From Selaginella moellendorffii (lineage: Eukaryota; Plantae; Lycopodiophyta): 64,000 nucleotides of DNA. Shown piece after piece: positions 54,403-64,000 of the stretch. A program made the position numbers and the translations under genes. The DNA lies in the NCBI RefSeq assembly GCF_000143415.4, contig NW_003314291.1:883702-947701 (forward strand). Reading direction: 5' to 3'. Each line of letters begins with the position of its first letter. Positions within the stretch are counted from its first letter, which is position 1. The notes under the pieces are model-generated. The model searched no databases, was not told the DNA's origin, and saw nothing but the letters and a program-made list of their open reading frames with translations.

Positions 54403-56851
54403 ATGGCGTTTGCAGCGTCGGATTCAGCAGCGTCATCGAGAGGGCAATACAACCAAGGCCTTGATTCTGCTTGCTGCAAAGTTCGATCCAGGATATCATT
54501 TCTCAAGCTTCGCCGGGTGAATGCTATAGCTCTGGAAGCAGCAGTGAAAGAAGATCCGGAGCAGTTGTCCCCATTGATAACACCAGTAAGTCTCTTGGAT
54601 TCACATTGAGCTCTCATTGTCTTTGTCTTTGCAGAAACGAACTACAGACTTTCAAACACTCTTTCGGAGATTTTGCAAAGTTGCTCAACCTTACTGGCTC
54701 GACTCCAAGGAGGGTAACCAGGCAATCCTCCGATTAGCGAGTGTTTTTGCTCTTACGCTTGCTTCCACGGGGACGAGCGTGGCATTTAGCTACCTTGGAA
54801 GGAGTTTTGACAACGCCTTGACAAGTAAGTGTTTCCAGATCTGTCAGATTTCCTTAAACTTTTCTCCAGGTAAGAATCGAGAGGAGTTTTTCAAGCAGCT
54901 GATCTATTATTTGGGGCTCCTGGTCGCAGCACTTCCAGTAAGTCGTTTGTATGTTTGTGTCTTTTTCAGCGTGTAATTAACTCGACTATCTTCGAGGTTT
55001 ATGTTATCCGCGGATACGCACAAGATACTCTTGCTCTTCGATGGCGAGCTTGGATGACGAAACGCTACATGGCTCAGTATTTTTCTCAGAGATCCTATTA
55101 CAACATCCAATCTCTAGCACTCATCGACAATCCGGATCAGAGAGTTGTGGATGATATTGACTCGTTCACTGGCACGGCGCTTAGATTTAGCATGACGCTG
55201 TTCCATTCCATCACCGATCTGGCGTCCTTTAGCGGAATTCTATACCGAATTTATCCACCACTGTTTGGTGTCTTGCTGGTTTACTCCATTGGTGGCTCTT
55301 GCATTACTTTCCTACTTGGAAAGGTATGGTTTTATCTTGTTGCTTTCAGCGAGTTTGTGATGTTTTTCTTGCAGGATCTCATGAACTTGAATTTCATCCA
55401 AGAAAAGAGCGAAGCAGATTTTCGATATGGATTGGTGCGAATTCGAGAAAATGCAGAGTCCATCGCGTTTTATGGGGGAGAAAAGGATGAACTTCAGTTG
55501 CTGCTGGAACGTTTTAAGCAAGCTTTATCCAACTACAGTGTAAGTTTTGCTGGTTTTTCCATTGTGATTCTTTCGACAATGTAAGTTACTGCATTGTCTT
55601 TGCAGAAACTACTCATAGCTTCGCGAAACTTAAGATTTTTCCAAATTTTCTACAACAACTTGATCCAAATCCTGCCCGCCGCCGTGGTGGCTCCGTTCTA
55701 CTTTGCTGGAAAAGTCGACTTTGGGATCGTCAGTCAGTCTTTCCATGCTTTCAGCTCCGTTCTCGACGACCTCTCCTTGGTCGTGGACGATTTTCAATCG
55801 CTTAGTTCCTTCTCCGCGGTCGTCGATCGCCTTGGTACACTTTCCTTCGTTTGCTTGGTTCTCTTCGAGCTACCTTTACATTCACAGGTGAATTCAGTGA
55901 CATATTGGATCAACAAGGCGTAGTGAATGCTTCGGAGCCAAGCACCATCAAATCGATCGAGACCACGGAAAGCGAGGTTCTTATAGAAGTTTCGACCTTG
56001 ACACTGTTGTCTCCTCAACAGACACTGACTCTTGTCGAGGGGCTCTCTTTCAGGATGATCGCTGGACAAAATCTTCTGGTCTGTGAATTTCTCAAAGTTT
56101 CTTCGTTGCTATCAGATGAATAACTCGGGTTTAAGACCAGATAACTGGCCCCAGTGGAAGTGGCAAGACATCGTTCTTGAGAGCTATCGCAGGACTGAGG
56201 AAATCCGGGCAAGGAACCATAGCAAGAAACGCTGCCATGGATGTATTCTTCGTGCCGCAAAAGCCATACATGACTCTTGGAACACTCCGGCAACAATTGC
56301 TATATCCAACTTGGAGCACAGACGGGGAGAAAAAACACGATCATGGTAGCGAGAATTTTGGTCTTTTACTGCTCGTGAATCTATCGGAAGTGTGCTCTCA
56401 TGATCCAGAATCCAAGCACAGCGATGCCGACTTGATGGAAGTCTTGCGTAGAGTGAAGCTTGAACAGCTCCTGGAACGCTCGATTCACTTGGACGCGAAT
56501 GCCGACTGGTCCAGTGTCTTGTCACTGGGAGAGCAACAGCGCCTGGCTTTTGCTCGATTGCTTCTATCAAAACCAAAGCTTGCGCTCCTGGATGAAGCAA
56601 CCAGTGCCATAGACGAAGCAACTGAGGTAAAAGCTTGTCTCTTTGGTTCTCTTCTAAGATCTAGTCACTCTACGCAGGCTTACTTGTATCGACTTCTCCT
56701 AGAATCCGGAACTTGTGTGATGAGCGTTGGGCATCGCAGCACGCTTCGCGAATTCCACACGCACTTGCTCTTCTTTTCCCCGCGAATCTCCGGGACGAGT
56801 ATCTCGGAGTGGTCATTACAAGACCTTCCTCAAAGAACCAGCTTTGAGTAG
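54403..56851 (+). CDS. ABC transporter D family half-transporter (ABCD2-like, plastid type), multi-exon
   Basis: LALRWRAWMT, IDNPDQRVVDD, EAA motif EADFRYGLVRIRENAESIAFYGGE, Walker A GPSGSGKT, PQKPYMTLGTLRQQLLYP, signature LSLGEQQRLAFARLL, Walker B LLDEATSA, SVGHR. Confidence 0.92.
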
Positions 56852-56929
56852 CAGTAGTTCTTCGTCCATTGCAGTGGATAAGTGGAAGACTGGCTTTTGG
56901 GAATGCGAGCAAGCAAGCGCTTTGCAGCC

Positions 56930-57165
56930 TTGCTATAGTGTGGCGAAGCTCCAGCAGCTCCATGCACCGATCTGTCGCAAGTTTGGAGCTGTGGAGGAAG
57001 CGGCTGCGGTGTTTGATAGCATCCAGCGTCCAAACGTCTTCTCGTGGAACAACACCGTCACGGTGTATGCACAGCGACGCCATGTCCGAGAGGAACTCCG
57101 TGTCCTGGAACACAATGGTGACGGGCTATGCCCAGACTGGGTATCTCACACAGGCTGCTCGAGAG
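56930..57165 (+). pseudogene. PPR (S/PLS-type) fragment, frameshifted
   Basis: KFGAVEEAAAVFDSIQRPNVFSWN and MSERNSVSWNTMVTGYAQTG in different frames. Confidence 0.75.
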
Positions 57166-57214
57166 AATGCCACAGCATGGAGTGGTTTCGGTCAGTGCTT
57201 TGGTCGTGGGCTTT

Positions 57215-57430
57215 TCACCATACCAAGCTCGGGCATATCATCAAACAAATCTCGGAACTCTCGCATATGCCCATTCACGGCATAGGCAGCCAACATAGCC
57301 GTCCAAGACACAGCATTGAGCTCTGGAAACCGATCAAAAAGCGTCCTTGCGTTCTCGAGCTGACCCATCTGACCCAGCGAGTCGATCATAGCAGTCCATG
57401 AGACAACGTTCCACGCTGGCATTCTCTCAA
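57215..57430 (-). pseudogene. PPR (31-aa S-type) fragment, ~2 repeats
   Basis: ERMPAWNVVSWTAMIDSLGQMGQLENARTLFDRFPELNAVSWTAMLAAYAVNGHMREFRDLFDDMPE. Confidence 0.8.
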
Positions 57431-58262
57431 TCCAAGTTATGAGGCTGGACGATTCTCTCAAAAGTAGCCTCTCAAAAAATAGTCGAGTATTTTCCTCTGC
57501 TTGCTCGGTTTGGCCGGGATTTGGGATGAGTTTGCAAGCATACATAAATCGTGGAACCTTGTAGTCCATTGTCATGCCACAAATGGAGATTTGGTAGTTC
57601 CTTGCAGGGATTCCATGGAAGATATCCAATCCTTCCAGGCTTCCATGGTTCCTAGCAAAGTCCTAGAACATTTTGTAACCATTTTTCAGCTCATTATATT
57701 CCTTCCTCCTTATAAGAAATCTTTGCCCTCAAAGATAGCATCACAACCAAACTTGCCAAGTTTGATTCACAAACTTGTAGGGATTTGTTGGAGCAAATAC
57801 TTACATCCTTTTACTTCTTTTATGAACTATTTTTGTTTCAAACTTCTAAAGAAGAATTCCCTACCTATCATCCTTAGCACCTTGTAAGGCTTTTTATTTT
57901 TCTACTCATACAATCTTTGAGGAGCCTCCCATAAAATAATCTTTTAAGAGAGATTCCAACAAGTAGCATGCCTTCTAGAGCTGAGAAGGCATGCTACTCT
58001 ATGTATTGCAGGTAAATTGGAGTCAATTCTTATGGAATGATTGTTTCTTTATGGATCAAGTTACACTAGTTATGTCATAAGTTGCTAGTAGCAAGGTAGT
58101 TCAAAGGAAGCTGGGGTTGAGTATCTTGGCCTTGTACTTGGGTGTCACACCTGTCTCACTAAGAGTTGATAAGAAATTTGTGAGAAATTTCAAAGCACTA
58201 TAATTTTTCTTCTCTTATGTTCTTCTTTTTTTCTTTTCCCTTTAAACAGCCATACCTAGCCA

Positions 58263-61030
58263 TGTAAGTTGAGTCCAAAATAGAGTTCGAAATGATGGAG
58301 TGCAGAAAGGAGTTTAACATGGAATTTGAGATGGAGTCCAAAAAAGAGTCCAAGATGGAGTTCAAAATGAAGTTTAAGATGGAGCTTAAGGTCAAGTCTA
58401 AGATGGAGATTGAGACCAGGTCCAAAATTGAGAACAAAACCAAGATTGAGACTAAGATTGAAACCAAATCTGAATCCAAGTTTGAGTCTAAGGGTGAAAG
58501 CCTAAAGGTATTGTCTCCCAAAACCCTAAGGGGTTTGGGGAGCTCCAAAAGGATAATAGAGAGAGGACTCCAATAAAATTAATTTTGCAAGGAAAAGTTA
58601 GTGTGACCAAGGAAGGTTATATTTATATAGTGGATGATGATATAACTATTGAGGAGTCCAAAGTTAAAGTGAACATAGATGAATAAATGAGGTAATTTAA
58701 TGAAGTGTTCAAGAGTTAATTCTAGCTTCCTTGGGAGATCGATGCTCGATGCTCCCAATCTAAATATGGGGTAGCACTACCTACTTAGATAGCTGGTGTG
58801 GTTTAATGGAACCTCACTCCAACCACATGGCTAGAGCTCCAAGAGGTGGAAGGTGGGAAGAGTACTCACAAGTTTCATGTTTGGTTATGGTATTTTGAAA
58901 TATTGTCCTAAAATTTTAAATTGTAGAAATGAAAAAGAGCAATCCTCTTGTGTAGTAACCAAGAATACAGTCACGTGGCAAGGAAGTCCCAAGACTTAGT
59001 GGTCAGACCTTTGAGCCTTGACCCAATGGCAATGTTAACGAGCATGACTATATATAGAAAGAGATTTAATAGGGACAAAAAAAAAGATATTGGGGAAGGA
59101 TGTTCTTTATGTCTTTGATAGGGAAGGGTGTTCCCCATGTCTTTGAGCATCCTAAGGATGATATATTGTAGTATAAGATAACCACTCATGGACGAATATG
59201 AGACTTTGGGAGATGAAATTATGGTATGGGTGGTTTTGAATTACTCACGAGACAAAGGTGAATGGATATAGCATTAGCGTAATTGACTGATATGTTAGTG
59301 GTACCTTTGGGTGTTTGTCATGGGATTGGACATGTGGAGCACTTAGACCAAATGCAAAGGCTAAATAGTATAGATGTCATTCATAAGACTAATATATCCC
59401 CTAATAGAATGGAAAATTTAATTGCTTACAGAGTGTTATACTAAATAACTATGGACTAGCTTATTTGCCACTCATAGCAAACTTAAAGGAGGTTTATTTT
59501 TACCTATAGTAATATGGAACAACTTATAGTAACCACTTAAACTAACATTAATCTTGCTAACTTGAAGTGTAACTTTGAGTTGTTAATGTGCCTCACTCAC
59601 GAGCCCAAGCACAAACTCATGCAAATGATACATCTCAATCCATCCTATATGCCCAAGCGCAAGCTCATATAATATGGTATGGTGATCAAAGTGGGTCATG
59701 GTGTTCACACTTCGTGAGAAATTGTCATAAATGTGACTATAAATATTAAAAGTTTCTGATCAACAAGTCTTTTTGGATATTCTTCTTTTATTGCCATGAT
59801 GGCAAGAGGTCACTCCCCATTTTACATTCCATAGATATGCCTAACTCGCCAATCTAGACACTTTCTATAAATAGTTATTGGGACCGAACATATAAAGCAT
59901 GATAGCAAAGGTGTTTGGCAAATACGGTAAGCTATCCTATAACAATATTAATGGACTAAACTCAATATACGAGGGTTCTTGTTAAATTAGTGCAAAGATA
60001 GAGCAAAAGAAAACTAAAAGTTGGGCCAAGTATACTCAGCAAGAAACATATAAAAGTTCTTACCTTATATTTGTTTGGCTAAGTACAGATGTTAAGCTCA
60101 ATTTACTAAAAGGGGTTGAAAAATGAACCAACAATACTAACCTGTTGCCATTATAGCAGTAAGGAAAGAATATCCAAAAGGACTTACTGACAAGTAATTT
60201 CTAATACCTGCAGTCACATTTTCAACATGCTTGATGAACAAGCATGGAACAATCTAAAAAACAATCTAAAAAAAGATAAAAAAAGAATTGACATATGGTA
60301 AATATCATGATACGTAGAAGTGTTGAGACCGAGTCCAAAATCAAGTCTGAGATGGAGGTTAAAGCCAGGCCCAAGATGGAGGCTGAGACAAAGCTTGAAA
60401 TGGAGTTCAAATCTAAGTTTGAGATTGAGTTCAAGTTCAAGTTTGAGATTGAGACTGAATCTAAGTCCAAGTCCAAGTCTGAGGGTGAAAGCCCAAAACA
60501 ATTATCTCCCAGACTTTGGGGGGTTTAATAAATCCCTACAGGATAAAAGGGGTGGAAGACTTCAGTGGAACTAGTGTGGCCAAGGAAGGCTAATGTGACT
60601 ATCAAAACTAAAGTGAATATAAATGGATAAGTAGGGTGATTTAGTGAAGTGTTCAAGAGTTAACTTGAACTCCCCCGAGAGATCAAATAGTAAATATTCC
60701 CAATCTAAATATAAATGACACTATTTACTTGGATACCTTGTGTGGTTTATCAAAACTTCACTCTAACCATATGGGTGGGGCACTCTAGTGGCAGAACTTT
60801 CACACATTATTTAAAAATTCCCTTTGATGGCAATACATATTAGCAATACATGCCAGCAATACAAGTGGACCACCTAGTCATGGCAAGCCATCAGAGACTG
60901 AGTTGTTCCTTGTACCATGGGTGAAAGTAAATTTCTCTTGGGTTTGCTATAATTGGCAAATAAGTTGATCTGTAGTTGTTTAGCACAGCACTAATGGATC
61001 CTTTCTAGGCATAATTATAAGTGAACCACA
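58263..61030. mobile_element. Old, fragmented LTR-retrotransposon debris related to families A/C and B
   Basis: Two diverged direct repeats with hexamer arrays and GGGTGAAAGCC (58263-~58900, ~60315-60790); 59460-59680 resembles 41190-41410; 59820-60225 resembles the A/C LTR (minus); 60900-61025 resembles 33630-33755. Confidence 0.75.
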
Positions 61031-62399
61031 CTAGGCCCTAGAGGTCCCAATCACAAAGAAGCTCAATGTCAAGTGAGACCATTCATCATTGATGTAAGGT
61101 TTCATATTCTCTCTCTTTTTCCCAACAGCACTACATATGATTGATGCCTAGTGAGTAAGAAGCTCCTTGTCTTGATGCTTGATCGATAAAAGGAAGTGCT
61201 GTAATAGCCATTGCAAATAGGAATTCATGACTGATGCATATCCTGTAGGCTATGTGCCTCTCCTTCAACACAAGCTCTAGCTTCCAAATGACTAAGAGAA
61301 GCAAAAAGAGTTAGTTGAATTCAACATTATGCATCCTGTCACCTTTTTGCCACTCTATCAACACAAGCTCTAACTTCCCGGATTCCAGCCAAGAGAGATC
61401 ATAATCTTGAAGAAAGAGTTGGGCAAATTTGACATCATGCAAGATGAGTGCTTATATAATCCTTCCTTCTTGTTTGTTCTTTCTTTGTCTACCTGGACTA
61501 CACTCCCTATGCAACAAATGATGGTGGAATGTACTTGTCTTGGTAATCTAGAGACAAGATCTCAACACTATAATGGGTTCTCACACACTTTTTTTATACA
61601 TTTTGATTTGTTCCAGTGGACTAACATATCCAATGGGAGTGTGTACCATCCAAACTCGAAGGCATGCTTTAATCTATGTAAGGAGAGGAGATCCACTAAG
61701 ATATTCCTCTCAATTTAGTGGTTTGAAGCTCTATATAAAGATTAAATATATAATTTTTTTATAATGAGAAATTAACTCTTGCATACCTCTGAATTCCAGG
61801 ATAAAGTCTGTGCTGCCTTCTACATTGTGCTCCTTAGACTCATTATGTTCTAGAATGGAATCTATAATATAAAGAAAGAGAAAAGTGGTACACCACCTAT
61901 CATGGTTAGAGATGTTGTTTTGTTTTACAAGTCATTGAGGCTGTTATGTCCATAGAATCCCACCACTAGCTTTTGTATATATATCTATATGATTATATAT
62001 CTATATAATCATCTGTAGTCAAATATAAAATTAAAACCTTTAGGAGCAATCATTAAAATTCAAACATATGAATGAACTGCTTGGTAGCTCACACTATCAT
62101 CCTCAGTCTCTTCTCTTTTGCATGCTCTTCAAAGTCAACTCAAAATCAGTCAATTTCACTAGGAATGTGGATTTGTCATCAAAAAAGACTCACTGGATAA
62201 GTGAGTATGGTTGGGTGACTAGCTGGTTATAAAGCTGAGACATGCATGCAAAAGCAAAAGAAGAGTTCCACTTGTTAGGCCTTGTGCCTTGTACTGTTGC
62301 AATGAAAGCATTCATGTTGCTTTGAACCTAGATTGCTCCCATGCCTCTTGACAGGAGTGGTGCAAACAAACACCATTAACCCAAACAGTGTTCACCAAA

Positions 62400-64000
62400 C
62401 ATATGGTATGATAACTATGGCTGTAGCTACTGAAACCAGCTCGTGGCTCCTGAAGACCTCATGCATAAAGGACATGCAACCATGGTGAGCAATGGGAGAC
62501 TTGCTTGAAGAAAACGTGGTGGCTTGAGTAACGGTCTTGGCTCTTTCCAGCTATCGATCTCAAGGTTTTTAGCACCTCTATCCTACACTTGAAACTGTCA
62601 ACAAAAAGCCTCACCTTATAGCAATGGTTGCTATTTTCGGCCACCACATCCAAAACATCTTTATTGTCTTCATTAGTGTATCCTCCAGCTGCATTTCCAG
62701 ATACTGGACACAGACTGGCAATCCTTTCAAGGGTCTAGTAGCTCTCCATGTCATTCACAATCTGGAGCTCTTCTTTCGCTATTTAGATCTTTCTTTATCT
62801 TCACGCATCGCACTGGTTCACAGCATTGTTCTTTAGTTGACGAACAAACGCCAGTGAAGCAACCCATACCTCAACCTTAGTCAAATAGTTTTCTGTGGGT
62901 ACCATGCAGTCTTCACATTGAACATGTCCTCCCTTCTCCACCAACGGCCGCTAATTCTCAATCATCTTTGAAACCATTTCTTGGTGCTTCAAAGCACGAA
63001 CATAGAGCAACTCTGGCCTGGATGGAGAGCCATTTATCACATACGTTGCAAACGAAATCTTTGCCTTCCTCTTGCTCTAAGCTACACTCTCTATATGTGA
63101 TTGGGAATCTAGTCTCTAGCTTCAACTAAACATGGCCTCTTGAAAGAAATATTTCCCCAGCTAAAACTAACCAAACCCCAAAACTTCTTAAAACTAGGAT
63201 AGTCTGTTTTTAGTGTGACATTTCAATCCTTCAGAATCCACTGGAAAAATGTGACATCATCACTTGCCAAGTGGGGTTGATCCATTTTAATTCCTTTCAG
63301 CTACACTTCTGTGCTATAACAGAGATCCTCTTATAGATCTGGAAATGCTAAGTGGGAAAAGAATAAAGCATGAGGGTTTGGGTGTTTGGGAGTGTTTTTT
63401 GTTTGCAATGGCATCTAGCAAGAAGAAAACTAGGAATTCGTGGAATGGAATGGGCTGTCACACAAGGATCTTGTGAGAACCCTAATACATCACAAACAGA
63501 ACATATGTTTTTCTTATTCAAGCTTTCCGAGCGACATAGCTTCGCGGTTGAAGCAATCAGCAGCTAGGTATGTCAGCAGGATGGAGCCGAGCTTTCTCCA
63601 GAGGTAAACAGACTGTTTCGAATGTTAGATGAGAAGATGAGGACCCGACTGAGTGAACATCTCCATCTTAAATGCAGATGAACTTACTGGTGCAGGTTGT
63701 CACAAAGTTCTTCAGCTTGGAATCCAACTAGACGAACTTTGTGGCAACTTGCAAGGCGGAAGACGAGAAAGGGCCTGATAGCCAAGTTTCAATCCAGTGA
63801 GAGGTACACCGTCCAAATGCCGCCTGCAACCAAGCCTTAAGGGATCCAAGATCACTGTTGGTTCGCATTCTTTGGAAGTCAAACATGATCTACAGAGCAG
63901 TGCTTGTGAGATCTGGTAGGCTTCTACAGCAGTTTATGATCTCGAGAAGAATTGTTTGTGTTTGCTCTTTGTAGGACCTGGATGAGATTCAAGGCTATAT
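62400..64000. other. Unidentified exon-like fragments (minus ~62450-63050, plus ~63520-64000)
   Basis: Short open blocks bounded by splice-like GT/AG (e.g. YVINGSPSRPELLYVRALKHQEMVSKMIEN* on minus); no family recognised; in-frame stops present. Confidence 0.2.

Overview
Eukaryotic land-plant nuclear DNA. Very short (~45-90 nt) GT-AG introns, tightly packed genes and S/PLS-type PPR fragments suggest a compact lycophyte genome such as Selaginella (inference). 1-15 kb is gene-dense: HUB1-like 5' end, TatA/Tha4, tRNA-Leu, F2KP, intron-containing tRNA-Tyr, a DUF662 coiled-coil gene, RPB8, an At3g27390-like membrane protein, gluconokinase and GMPPA/KONJAC-like. 16-21 kb holds unidentified or lineage-specific genes. 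22.4-42.6 kb is a nested TE stack: a non-coding LTR element A (minus strand) contains a MITE and a decayed Ty3/gypsy chromovirus B (TSD AATGC), and B's 3' LTR is interrupted by C, a second copy of the A family. 45.8-57 kb has RPL18, a decayed paralog of the 19-21 kb gene, a stand-alone intact Gag/capsid ORF, L-ascorbate oxidase, an ABCD2-like transporter and PPR fragments. 58-64 kb is old LTR debris and unidentified exon-like pieces. The best candidate for a novel system is the solo gag ORF (48506-49417): coiled coil + PPPPYPDL + capsid, with no LTR, pol or zinc knuckle, resembling an Arc-type domesticated capsid gene. All calls are by eye; no searches were run.
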